Below, piece by piece: positions 1 to 9,343 of a stretch of DNA of 64,000 nt; position 1 is the first letter of the stretch, and each line of letters begins with the position of its first letter. Both the position numbers and the translations under genes were made by a program. The stretch is from Candidatus Latescibacterota bacterium (GTDB lineage: Bacteria > Latescibacterota > UBA2968 > UBA8231), in the NCBI GenBank assembly GCA_965261395.1, contig OZ253462.1, positions 544,001 to 608,000 of the forward strand. Reading direction: 5' to 3'. The notes beneath the pieces are model-generated. The model worked only from the letters and a program-made list of their open reading frames with translations, was not told where the DNA came from and did not search any database.

Positions 1-85
1 CAACCAAGACAGCCCAATATCCTGTTGGTCATCGTCGGTCTCATTGCCTTTTAGTCATCTACTCCGAACCAGCAGGGAGGGAGTT

Positions 86-2239
86 ATGGCAGGCATAGTG
101 TTGCTGTGTTTTTGCAACGTCTTGCTCGGTGCTGTGCCCGTGCTGGGAGGAACGGAATACCGCTTAGGCGGGATTGATGGTAATTCTTGGCAGGCCATCC
201 TAGCCGGGGAAAGCGCCTACCAAGCCTTTGCTGCTGATGGCCAAGTTGAGCGCCAAGTATCGGTAGGGGTTTCGCCCTTTGGGGCGGGGGCCGATACCTT
301 GATCGACTTTTCTGGTACCTCGATCCAACCTCGGCTCATTGACCCCGGCGTCAATATCGCCCGGGCCGATGTCGACGCCGGCCGGACCACCATCCCCTTG
401 CCGTATATCCCCGGCTCCAGAGTCCTCAACAACAATGGTTGCTGGTCCTGGGGCAATTTTCAACCTTCGATCAAGCTAATGCTGGACGGTGATCCGACCA
501 CGGCCGCCTTCCGCACCTTTGTCCAAAAGGTCGGGTCGCCACCGGGCGTGGGCTATACTTGGCGCTCGTCGGTGGTATTCGATTTTGGTGCTGGTGTGCC
601 CATCAACCGCATTCGCTTCTATCCCCGCCTGAGCCGGAGGGAAGACCGCCCGTTAATCGAGAGCATGGAGGTGCCCACGCCGGAGGCGGAGACCTTTGGC
701 GAAGACAGCTTCTTGGCCAACTTCCTCGCTTGGTATGAGATCCGCTCTGGTGATAACTCCATCGTCTTTGGCAATGACCCCTGTAGCGGCGACGGCTATA
801 GCGGCGCCGGCAGCCGCAACGGCAGTGTAGCGACGAGCAAACGGCGCACGGTCTTGGGCGACTTGCGGTGGGTGCGGAGCGGCGATCCACTGCTGACGGT
901 GCTGGAATCCACCCACGAAAACCTCGACCCCGTCGTCGACCTGCGCTTTCCCACCCAGTCGACCCGCTGGCTCACCCTGCGCGCCTTCCCCCTGCGCGAC
1001 TATGAAATCGCCGAATTCGAAATCTACGGCGACGGCTATGTCCACGAGACCACCTACCTCACCCCCATCCTCGACTTCGGCCAAGCCGTCACCTGGGGCA
1101 AAATACGCTGGGAAGGCGAAGTGCCCGACGGCACCCGCATCGAAATTCGCACCCGCACCGGCCACACCCCTGATCCGCAATTCTACTTCGCGCCCAATAT
1201 CAACGACGACCTCGTATCCATCACCCGCGTCCAATACGACAAGATCGACAAAGCCGCTCAACTGCTGCCCGTCTACGATGCCGACCACTGGAGCTTCTGG
1301 TCGTCGCCCTACGAGTTTGCCGCCGGTCAACGCAATCCCAATCAGCCGGCCAATGCTTGGCACGACGGGATCCTGCTGTTGTCGCCTGGTCCCAGCCGCT
1401 ACATCCAAATCGCCATCAAGCTCTTCGCCAACTTCAATGTGGCACCCCGCCTCGACCAACTCACCTTGCAGTTGAGCGAAACCCTGTCGGCGCAAGCGCT
1501 CGTCGGCGAGATCTGGCCTATCGAAGTCTCCTCTTTTGAACCGACCCCCTTTACCTATGTGGTCTTGCCCACCCTCAGAGACGACAACGCCGGCTTTGAC
1601 CGCTTGGAAATCCTCACCCACGTCCGGGCACACGCCGTGCGCTCGGTGCGCATCGATGGCCAGCCGGTGGACTTAGATCAGTTCGTCCCGCAATTACTCG
1701 ACGATCGCCTCATCGTGTCCTTCCCGCCGCTGACGGGCACCGCTGACAACTTCAAGCAAGTCGAGGTCGACTTCGACGTGCCGGTGCTGCGCTTTGGCAC
1801 CGAGTTCAGCGGCTGGGTCTTCAGCAGCACCGATCCCGATCAGATCCGGCAGCGCATCGATCCGGGCAACGCCACCTTCCGCTTTGCCGGCGACTTGCTG
1901 GCCGTCAACACGCCGGTGGGGGGCGACTTGCTGGTGGATGTGCAGGTGCCCGAGGTGTTCACTCCCAACGGCGACGGGATCAACGAGACCTTGCCTATCA
2001 CCTACAAGCTGCGCGAGGTCACCGCCGACCGACCGATACAGGTGCGCATCTACGACTTGGCCGGTCGGCTGGTGGCACACCTGCCCGTGTTCAAGGCTCG
2101 CAGCGGGGCCTTCATCCAGGAGTGGGATGGCCGCAACGGGCAAGACGCCTTGGTGCAGCCTGGCACCTATATCTACGAATTGACCCTCGACTCCGAAGAG
2201 CAATACACCCAACGCGGCGTCTTTGCCGTCGCCTATTGA
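86..2239 (+). CDS. Secreted protein with C-terminal FlgD-Ig / T9SS type-B-like sorting domain (paralog 1)
   Basis: ATG at 86 after GGAGGGAG RBS, matching the start of paralog 2; signal peptide; C-terminal VFTPNGDGIN...IYDLAGRLV...WDGRN...PGTYIY motif. Confidence 0.75.
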   Translation: MAGIVLLCFCNVLLGAVPVLGGTEYRLGGIDGNSWQAILAGESAYQAFAADGQVERQVSVGVSPFGAGADTLIDFSGTSIQPRLIDPGVNIARADVDAGRTTIPLPYIPGSRVLNNNGCWSWGNFQPSIKLMLDGDPTTAAFRTFVQKVGSPPGVGYTWRSSVVFDFGAGVPINRIRFYPRLSRREDRPLIESMEVPTPEAETFGEDSFLANFLAWYEIRSGDNSIVFGNDPCSGDGYSGAGSRNGSVATSKRRTVLGDLRWVRSGDPLLTVLESTHENLDPVVDLRFPTQSTRWLTLRAFPLRDYEIAEFEIYGDGYVHETTYLTPILDFGQAVTWGKIRWEGEVPDGTRIEIRTRTGHTPDPQFYFAPNINDDLVSITRVQYDKIDKAAQLLPVYDADHWSFWSSPYEFAAGQRNPNQPANAWHDGILLLSPGPSRYIQIAIKLFANFNVAPRLDQLTLQLSETLSAQALVGEIWPIEVSSFEPTPFTYVVLPTLRDDNAGFDRLEILTHVRAHAVRSVRIDGQPVDLDQFVPQLLDDRLIVSFPPLTGTADNFKQVEVDFDVPVLRFGTEFSGWVFSSTDPDQIRQRIDPGNATFRFAGDLLAVNTPVGGDLLVDVQVPEVFTPNGDGINETLPITYKLREVTADRPIQVRIYDLAGRLVAHLPVFKARSGAFIQEWDGRNGQDALVQPGTYIYELTLDSEEQYTQRGVFAVAY

Positions 2240-2351
2240 AATCAGCAGCATGGAAGAAATTTTGTTTCTTAACGATTAGCTTGGCTTTATACTTAATCTT
2301 CGCAACCTTTGGACTGCACGCTTGTATTGGTGACGCAGCAAGGAGGGAATT

Positions 2352-4517
2352 ATGGCAGGCATAGTGTTGCTGTGTTTTTGCAGCGTCTTGCTGGGTGCTG
2401 CGCCTGTGTCGGGAGGGACGGAATACCGCTTAGGGGGGGCCGATGGCAATCCCTGGCAGGCCATCCTGGCCGGGGAAAGTGCCTACCATATCTTTGCTGC
2501 CGACGGCCAAGTCGAGCGCCAAGTATCGGTGGGGCTCTCGCCCTTCGGCGCGGGGGCCGATACCCTGATCGACTTTTCCGGCACCTCGATTCAGCCTCGG
2601 CTCATTGACCCCGGCGTCAATATCGCCCGGGCCGATGTCGAAGCCGGGAAGACCACCATTCCCCTGCCCTATATCCCTGGCTCCAGGGTCCTCAGTACGG
2701 ATCACTGTATTTTCTGGGGCAATTTTCAACCTTCGATCAAGCTAATGCTGGATGGCGATCCGACCACGGCCACTTTCCGCACCTTTGTCCAGCGGGTCGG
2801 CTCGCCACCGGGGGTGGGCTATACCTGGACCAATTCCGTAGTATTCGATTTTGGTGCTGGTGTGCCGATCAACCGCATCCGCTTCTTCCCCCGCCTGAGC
2901 CGGAGGGAGGATCACCCGTTGATCGAGACTATGGACGTGCCTACGCCGGAGGTGGAAACCTTTGGCGAAGATAGCTTCCTCGACAACTTCCTCGCTTGGT
3001 ACGAGATCCGTACCGGCGGTAACTCGATCGTCTTTGCCCCGGACCCCTGCAGCGGCAGCGGCAGCCTCACCTGCAGCGAGTGTAGAGCGGGGGCTTCCGG
3101 CAGTGTGGCGACGAGCAAACGGCGCACGGTCTTAGGCGACTTGCGGTGGGTGCGCAATAGCGACCCACTGCTGACGGTGCTGGAATCCACCCGCGAAAAC
3201 CTCAACCCCATCGTCGATCTGCGCTTTCCCACTCGCTCGACCCGCTGGCTCACGCTGCGAACCTTCCCTTTGCGCGACTATGAAATCGCCGAATTCGAAA
3301 TCTATGGCGAGGGCTACGTCCACGAGACCACCTACCTCACCCCTATCCTCGACTTCGGCCAAGCCGTCACCTGGGGCAAAATCCGCTGGGAAGGCGAAGT
3401 GCCCGATGGCACCCGCATCGAAATTCGCACCCGCACCGGCCACACCCCTGATCCACTGCTCTATTTCGCGCCCAATATCAACGACGAACTCATACCCATC
3501 ACCCGCGCTCAATACGACAGGATCGACCGAGCCGCTCAACTGCTGCCTATCTACGATGCCGACCACTGGAGCTTCTGGTCGCCGCCCTACGAGTTTGCCG
3601 CCGGACAGCGCAACCCCAACCAATCCGCCAGCGACTGGCAGGACGGAATGCTGCTGCTGTCGCCGGGGCCCAGCCGCTACATCCAACTCGCCATTAAACT
3701 CTTTGCCGACTTCCATGTGGCACCCCACCTCGACCAACTCACCTTGCAGTTGAGCGAGACCCTGTCGGCGCAAGCGCTCGTCGGCGAGATCTGGCCTATC
3801 GAGGTCTCCTCCTTTGAGCCCACTCCCTTTACGTATGTGGTCTTGCCCACCCTCAGCGACGACAACGCCGGCTTTGACCGCTTGGAAATCCTCACCCACG
3901 TCCGGGCACATGCCGTGCGCTCGGTGCGCATCGATGGCCAGCCGGTGGACCTAGACCAGTTCGTCCCCCATCTGCTCGACGATCGCCTCATCGTGTCCTT
4001 CCCGCCGCTGACGGGCACCGCTGACAACTTCAAGCAAGTCGAGGTCGACTTCGACGTGCCGGTGCTGCGCTTTGGCACCGAGTTCAGCGGCTGGGTCTTC
4101 AGCAGCACCGATCCCGACCAGATCCGGCAGCGCATCGATCCGGGCAACGCCACCTTCCGCTTTGCCGGCGACTTGCTGGCCGTCAACACACCGGTGGGCG
4201 GTGATCTGCTGGTGGATGTGCAGGTGCCCGAGGTGTTCACCCCTAATGGCGACGGGATCAACGAGACCTTGCCTATCACCTACAAGCTGCGCGAGGTCAC
4301 CGCCGACCGACCGATACAGGTGCGCATCTACGACTTGGCCGGCCGGCTGGTGGCGCACCTGCCCGTGTTCAAGGCACGCAGCGGGGCCTTCATCCAGGAG
4401 TGGGATGGCCGCAACGGGCAAGACGCCTTGGTGCAGCCTGGCACCTATATCTACGAATTGACCCTCGACTCCGAAGAGCAATACACCCAACGCGGCGTCT
4501 TTGCCGTCGCCTATTGA
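2352..4517 (+). CDS. Secreted protein with C-terminal FlgD-Ig-like domain (paralog 2, tandem duplicate)
   Basis: 721 aa; AGGAGG RBS; collinear with 86-2239, C-terminal ~170 aa read as identical. Confidence 0.75.
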   Translation: MAGIVLLCFCSVLLGAAPVSGGTEYRLGGADGNPWQAILAGESAYHIFAADGQVERQVSVGLSPFGAGADTLIDFSGTSIQPRLIDPGVNIARADVEAGKTTIPLPYIPGSRVLSTDHCIFWGNFQPSIKLMLDGDPTTATFRTFVQRVGSPPGVGYTWTNSVVFDFGAGVPINRIRFFPRLSRREDHPLIETMDVPTPEVETFGEDSFLDNFLAWYEIRTGGNSIVFAPDPCSGSGSLTCSECRAGASGSVATSKRRTVLGDLRWVRNSDPLLTVLESTRENLNPIVDLRFPTRSTRWLTLRTFPLRDYEIAEFEIYGEGYVHETTYLTPILDFGQAVTWGKIRWEGEVPDGTRIEIRTRTGHTPDPLLYFAPNINDELIPITRAQYDRIDRAAQLLPIYDADHWSFWSPPYEFAAGQRNPNQSASDWQDGMLLLSPGPSRYIQLAIKLFADFHVAPHLDQLTLQLSETLSAQALVGEIWPIEVSSFEPTPFTYVVLPTLSDDNAGFDRLEILTHVRAHAVRSVRIDGQPVDLDQFVPHLLDDRLIVSFPPLTGTADNFKQVEVDFDVPVLRFGTEFSGWVFSSTDPDQIRQRIDPGNATFRFAGDLLAVNTPVGGDLLVDVQVPEVFTPNGDGINETLPITYKLREVTADRPIQVRIYDLAGRLVAHLPVFKARSGAFIQEWDGRNGQDALVQPGTYIYELTLDSEEQYTQRGVFAVAY

Positions 4518-4527
4518 AATCAGCAGC

Positions 4528-4688
4528 ATGGTGCTAGTGGTTTATAAGCTGAAATTAGCGATGGACCTGCCCGAAGGAGAGCGGTCCATCCTAAGCTGAA
4601 GGGGTAGCCCGCGCCTTTAGGCGTGAAAACCTCAGCGTAGAAACTACCTAGACCACGGTCAATTAACTAGCACCATTGGCTAGTTAAT
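4528..4688. mobile_element. MITE-like or structured insertion
   Basis: 11-bp inverted repeat ATGGTGCTAGT (4528-4538)/ACTAGCACCAT (4666-4676); internal hairpins; absent from the homologous spacer after paralog 1. Confidence 0.45.
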
Positions 4689-4715
4689 CTTCGTAACCCT
4701 TGGCTGCAAATTATC

Positions 4716-4756
4716 TTGACAACTTTATCCCTTTAGTATTTAATTGTGACAACTTT
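4716..4756 (+). promoter_or_regulatory. Sigma70-type promoter with direct-repeat operator candidate
   Basis: TTGACA (4716-4721), 17 bp, TTTAAT (4739-4744); TGACAACTTT at 4717 and 4747. Confidence 0.55.
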
Positions 4757-4891
4757 CCACAATTTTCCAGTGGTCCTTTGAAACAGAAAGGAGAAAATTA
4801 GGACAAGGATCGGGCTTGAATGGAGTTTGATAGGGATCCATTCTATCTCCCTGTCTCATCAAGAATCGTCCTACCTCTAACTGAAAGGCTC

Positions 4892-5806
4892 ATGCAAAAG
4901 ATGAAAAGAAAGATAGCCATATTGTGGTGCAGCATTTTTCTCGTCTTTGGGACCATTTCGATGGCAAGCGCACATTTGCCGCCAGGCGAGTTGTTTTTTG
5001 CTGCACAGTTTCCCGATAACCTAGTTCCTACGATAGATGGGGAACACAGTGATTGGGACATACTACCCGATTCGCCGTACTCGATCTTCAACGATCGACT
5101 TTTCGATCCCGCCCAGTTCCAGCAGGCGGCTCGTGGTGAAGTCGATATATCCGATGCCAATATCCGGCACCGGTTTGGCTGGAATGAGAATTCCAATATG
5201 ATTTTCCTTGCCAGCCAAATTTTCGACAATATCCACAATATCGACCGCTCCTTTGGGGATTGTCACTGCCTCGATGACAACTGGGAAATAGAAATCAACC
5301 CAGATCATTCTGCCAGTGAAGAGCAGAACCTCGAAGGGAATCCCGTCAACAACATCAGTTACAAGTGGGTCGTACCACCACTAGATGGGGTTTATCAGTC
5401 GATTGAGCCCATCGGCGATCTAGCTTGGTTGTCGGATGATACCGAATTCGTCGACATGAGCTGGTCTTTCACCGGTGAACAATTCGGCGAATCGACTTAT
5501 TTCTACGAGATCCGTCTCATTCCGATCGATGCCCTTCCTCGGGAAGGTGCTACCCCGGACAATTCGTCTATCCACGACCTGGAAGAGGAAGAAATCATCC
5601 ATATGTCTGTAACCATGGGTGATATCGACGTCGAACAGGCAAACCATGCCTACAATGGCTTCTGGTCTTTGTCGCCGGAGAGCTGCTGTAAGGGCGTTAA
5701 CGACTTCGTAATGGCACCTGTCGAGCCCGCACTAGAAGATCTGTCTGCTGCTACTGCTGTTGAACAGACTAGTTGGGGGCATATCAAGGCCGGTTTCGAC
5801 CGCTAA
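4892..5806 (+). CDS. Secreted acidic protein (CBM9/DOMON-like) with C-terminal ATAVE..SWGxIK motif
   Basis: Signal peptide (KRKIAILWCSIFLV..ASA), 'PTIDGEHSDW' motif, acidic composition; start 4892 or 4901. Confidence 0.6.
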   Translation: MQKMKRKIAILWCSIFLVFGTISMASAHLPPGELFFAAQFPDNLVPTIDGEHSDWDILPDSPYSIFNDRLFDPAQFQQAARGEVDISDANIRHRFGWNENSNMIFLASQIFDNIHNIDRSFGDCHCLDDNWEIEINPDHSASEEQNLEGNPVNNISYKWVVPPLDGVYQSIEPIGDLAWLSDDTEFVDMSWSFTGEQFGESTYFYEIRLIPIDALPREGATPDNSSIHDLEEEEIIHMSVTMGDIDVEQANHAYNGFWSLSPESCCKGVNDFVMAPVEPALEDLSAATAVEQTSWGHIKAGFDR

Positions 5807-5860
5807 GAGTCTCGGTTTAGCCGTTACAAAGTCTCCTGGGCAGGCTGCCCGGGTTTCACT

Positions 5861-5908
5861 AAGCTCCTGTTTCGCGCCATTTACGGGTGGGAAACAGGAG
5901 CTTTTTTA
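5861..5908 (+). terminator. Rho-independent terminator
   Basis: AAGCTCCTGTTTC / GAAACAGGAGCTT stem followed by a T run. Confidence 0.75.
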
Positions 5909-5962
5909 TGCGTCAACCCACCCACGCTATCTATTGTCTATAATTGATTCACTCTTGGCGTA

Positions 5963-8020
5963 ATGCTCCAAACTATCATTCATTCCACCAGAGTTCAGGT
6001 TTTATCCATTTTCTTGTTGGCTTTGGTATTGCGTCTATTCTATCTAGCTGCCATACGCGACGCCCCCTATTTCCACACTCTTGTCATAGACGCCTTTGAA
6101 TACGATCACTTGGCCACCCAAATCCTGCAGGGCAACTGGCTCCTTGACCTAGCAGAGGGCATGTACGTGCATGGCCCCCTCTACCCGTACCTACTCGCCC
6201 TGCTCAAAGGAATCGGCTTCGACCATTTGGGCATTCTCCTGTTCCAAGCCGTGCTGGGCGCGCTTATCTGCGTCCTGCTCTATCGCGTGGCCAGCCACCT
6301 TTTTCCCCATCCCATCCCCTTGGTCGCCGGTCTGCTGGCGGCCGGGTACTGGCCCTTCGTCTTTTACAACGGCCAACTCCTAGCCACTACCCTAGTCATT
6401 CTCGTCGAATTGGGCTTGGCCGTCCTGCTCCTGCACTATGTGCCCAATTTGACCTACCGTAGCGCGGTCGGGGCCGGAATTCTGCTGGGCCTGTTGATCA
6501 TGGGACGCAGCAACACCCTGCTGCTGCTGCCCTTGCTCTTGGGGTGGATTTACCAGAGCGCCCGTGGCCTTCCCAAACACCGGGGCACCTTGGTCCTAAC
6601 CTTTTCCCTGACCTTCTGCCTTGTTCTTTTCCCCTTTTTCCTGCGCAACTATCTGGTCCAAGGAACGCCCATACCCTTCCAAGGCGGCTTCAGCTTCTAT
6701 TTGGGCACCAACCCCGAAGCCGACGGCACCCCTTACGTGCGCCAAGGAGCCCATTTTCAACGTCTCGAACTCATGCCTCTCCAACAAGGATTTGACACGC
6801 CAGCGGCAAAAGGGGCCTTTTACACCGCCGAAGGCCTGCGGTTTATTTACCGCGATCCTCTGGCCTATCTCCATCTGATCTATCGCAAATTTCGGCTCTT
6901 CTGGAACGCTTTTGAAATCCCAGTAAGTGCAGACCTGCGCTACTACGAGACCCACTTTCCACACTACCGACTTTTTTTGCTCAACTTTGGCCTAGTGGTG
7001 CCCTTTGCCCTAGTCGGCATACTGTGGCATTGGCGCTGGACCTCCGCCTATATCCTGCCGCTCCTCTTCGTTCTAGCCTACCTATCCACCGGGCTCTTAT
7101 TCTCGGTATGTGCTCGCTACCGTTTGCCCGCCCTGCCCTTTTTACTGGTCTTTGCCGCTGCCGGAGTTTGGCGCTTGAAAGAGCTGCTGACCACCCGGGC
7201 CGCTCCACGCCTTGGCGTTTTTCTGCTGCTTCTGGTAGCTGCCTTCGCCCTAGTGCATACGGGGGTGGATTCCCGGCAAGTGGACCATTTGCGCTCCCCT
7301 TGGCTGTTGGGCCATACTCAATTGCGCAACCAGCACTACCACCAAGCCGTACAGACCTATACGCACGGCCTAGAGCAATTTCCCGACGACTCCGACCTCT
7401 ACAACAGCTTGGGCGTGGCCTACCAGTACCTGGGCAAATCCGACGAAGCCGAAGCGGCCTTCTTGCGAGCAGTAGAGCTAGTCCCAGATCACGCCAAACC
7501 CTGGCTCAATTTGGGCAAACTCTACCTGAGTCAACGACGTTTGGAGCAAGCGCAGCACGCCTTGGAGCAAAGCCTAAAACACGACCCCCGGCCAGCCAAT
7601 GCCCACCCGGCGTACCACAACCTGGGCTATGTCTTCTTGTTCCAAAAAGACTTTCAACAATCTCGCCAGGCCTTTGAACGGGCGCTGCACAGCAGAGAGA
7701 GTGCCCAGACCTATTACGGTCTCTCCCATGCCTTTGCCAATCTGAATCTGGCAGACGAACAAGTCCACGCCCTAGAACAAGCCGTCCAGATCAAACCCGA
7801 CTTTGTCCCTGCTCATCGGAACTTGGGCGCACTTTATATGCAACAGAGGTCCTACGAGGCAGCGGAAAGGTCCCTGCTCCAAGTCATCAAATACGATGCC
7901 CAATCGATCACGGCCCATCGCAATTTAGGTGTCCTCTACGAGAAAATGGGGCGAACGGAACAGGCCCGCCTAGCTCGTGCCCGGGCAGATCAACTACAGC
8001 GCTCGGGTGCGGCCTATTAA
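5963..8020 (+). CDS. Membrane glycosyltransferase (PMT/ArnT-like) fused to TPR repeats
   Basis: Multi-TM N-terminus with 'DAFEYD', 'GPLYPYLLA', 'RYRLP'; C-terminal TPRs (YNSLGVAY, WLNLGKLY, HRNLGVLY). Confidence 0.8.
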   Translation: MLQTIIHSTRVQVLSIFLLALVLRLFYLAAIRDAPYFHTLVIDAFEYDHLATQILQGNWLLDLAEGMYVHGPLYPYLLALLKGIGFDHLGILLFQAVLGALICVLLYRVASHLFPHPIPLVAGLLAAGYWPFVFYNGQLLATTLVILVELGLAVLLLHYVPNLTYRSAVGAGILLGLLIMGRSNTLLLLPLLLGWIYQSARGLPKHRGTLVLTFSLTFCLVLFPFFLRNYLVQGTPIPFQGGFSFYLGTNPEADGTPYVRQGAHFQRLELMPLQQGFDTPAAKGAFYTAEGLRFIYRDPLAYLHLIYRKFRLFWNAFEIPVSADLRYYETHFPHYRLFLLNFGLVVPFALVGILWHWRWTSAYILPLLFVLAYLSTGLLFSVCARYRLPALPFLLVFAAAGVWRLKELLTTRAAPRLGVFLLLLVAAFALVHTGVDSRQVDHLRSPWLLGHTQLRNQHYHQAVQTYTHGLEQFPDDSDLYNSLGVAYQYLGKSDEAEAAFLRAVELVPDHAKPWLNLGKLYLSQRRLEQAQHALEQSLKHDPRPANAHPAYHNLGYVFLFQKDFQQSRQAFERALHSRESAQTYYGLSHAFANLNLADEQVHALEQAVQIKPDFVPAHRNLGALYMQQRSYEAAERSLLQVIKYDAQSITAHRNLGVLYEKMGRTEQARLARARADQLQRSGAAY

Positions 8021-8041
8021 CTTGGCTTGGCAACGCCTATT

Positions 8042-9343
8042 TCAGAAGCGGAGGGTAAAACGGGTCGGCTCGTCTGGAGGGCTTTCGAGGGAAAAGGCAA
8101 AACCATGCCGGCTCAAAATCTCCTGCACCAACGTCAGGCCGAGGCCGCGCCGGTTTTCCTTGGTGCTGAAAAACGGCGTAAACAGGCTCTCGGCCACTTC
8201 CGGGTCGATCCCCGTTCCCGTATCCTCGACCACGGCAAAAGGCCGGTCTTGGAGCTTTCCTAGGCGAATGGTTATCCTGCCGTTTTCGCCAATGGCCTCT
8301 ACGGCATTTTTCAGGATATTGACAAACACCTGCTCCATCTGGTTTTCGTCCATGGGAATGCGTTTCAGGTCCGTCTGAATATCCCAGTCCCACTCGATGT
8401 TGCGGCGCTCGCACTCGGCGCGCATTAGCAAGGCGATGTCGCGCAAAAGGTCCTCCAAATCTACAGGCTGCAAGTGCGGTGCCGGCAGTTTGACCACCTC
8501 GGCAAAGCTGCGCATGAAGGCGCTGAGATGGTCGATGCGATCGATGGCCACTTGCAGGGCGTTCTCAAAATCGCCGCGGTCGGCCTCCCGCAATTGTCCC
8601 TTGTAGTTGAGGCAGGAGTGCAGCAGGGAATTGACCGCCCCCGTTGAATTGTTCACCTCGTGCGCAAGCAGGCGGATGACCTTCTCGTAGGCCGCCTTTT
8701 CCGACAGGCGCAACTCCTCGGTCAATTCCTCCATGAGGATAAAGCTGCGCGGGAATCCCCGGTCCAAAAACTGCGCCTTGTGGCAGCGCACCCGCTGCCC
8801 TTGCAGCGGCAGCACCTGCGACTCGCCGACGGCCAAATCGTGTAGGGCGTGGGCGAATGCCGTTCCCAGCTCGTCCAATGGCCGGCTGAGCAACGCGCTT
8901 TCGGCCAGCCCCAACAAGCGGCTAGCACTGGGATTGACTAGAGCGATTTTGTCGTCAAAGTCGAGGGTGATAATGCCCGACGGTGAGGCCGTCAGGATCT
9001 TGTCCATGAAGTAGTGCTGTTCCTGCAGCCGCGTGCGCTCTTCGCGCAATTGGTCGATCATGCGGTTGTACACGCGCACAAGCTGATCCATTTCCGGCTG
9101 GCCCACTTCGACGAACTTGCTGGTGAAATCGCGCTCGCCGATCAGTTCGGCACCCGTGCGGATCAGATCGAGCGGCACCCAAAAATGCTGGATCAAGCGC
9201 AGGCCGATCGCAAAAGACAGGATGAAGAATGCTTCAACCCCCAATAGCCAGGGCTTTTCTTCTCTCAATAGGTATCCAGCAAGCCCCGCGAAGACGAGGT
9301 GGATACCGATCAGGTAGAGGATGAGTTTGGAGCGCAGGCTCAA
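8042..9343 (-). CDS. PAS-domain sensor histidine kinase (NtrY-like)
   Basis: Two TM helices, PAS, H-box 'LAHEVNN', N-box 'NILKNAVEA', 'DTGTGI', 'FTPFFSTK', 'GLGL'. Confidence 0.92.
   Translation of the reverse strand: MSLRSKLILYLIGIHLVFAGLAGYLLREEKPWLLGVEAFFILSFAIGLRLIQHFWVPLDLIRTGAELIGERDFTSKFVEVGQPEMDQLVRVYNRMIDQLREERTRLQEQHYFMDKILTASPSGIITLDFDDKIALVNPSASRLLGLAESALLSRPLDELGTAFAHALHDLAVGESQVLPLQGQRVRCHKAQFLDRGFPRSFILMEELTEELRLSEKAAYEKVIRLLAHEVNNSTGAVNSLLHSCLNYKGQLREADRGDFENALQVAIDRIDHLSAFMRSFAEVVKLPAPHLQPVDLEDLLRDIALLMRAECERRNIEWDWDIQTDLKRIPMDENQMEQVFVNILKNAVEAIGENGRITIRLGKLQDRPFAVVEDTGTGIDPEVAESLFTPFFSTKENRRGLGLTLVQEILSRHGFAFSLESPPDEPTRFTLRF

Larger units (their letters stand above)
71..4530 (+). 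repeat. Tandem duplication of a ~2.28-kb gene unit
   Basis: Both copies begin GCAG..GGAGGGA.TTATGGCAGGCATAGTG and end GCCTATTGAAATCAGCAGCATGG (2252 and 4530). Confidence 0.95.

Noticed and set aside
653-1633. Long antisense ORFs (also 3132-3911, 32681-33589, 34162-35115, 35291-36262 and others)
   Set aside because: Shadow frames opposite well-supported genes, expected from GC-rich codon bias.
86-4517. Diversity-generating retroelement template/variable repeat pair
   Set aside because: Differences are not confined to adenines, include an indel and many synonymous changes; both copies are full genes; no reverse transcriptase in the window.
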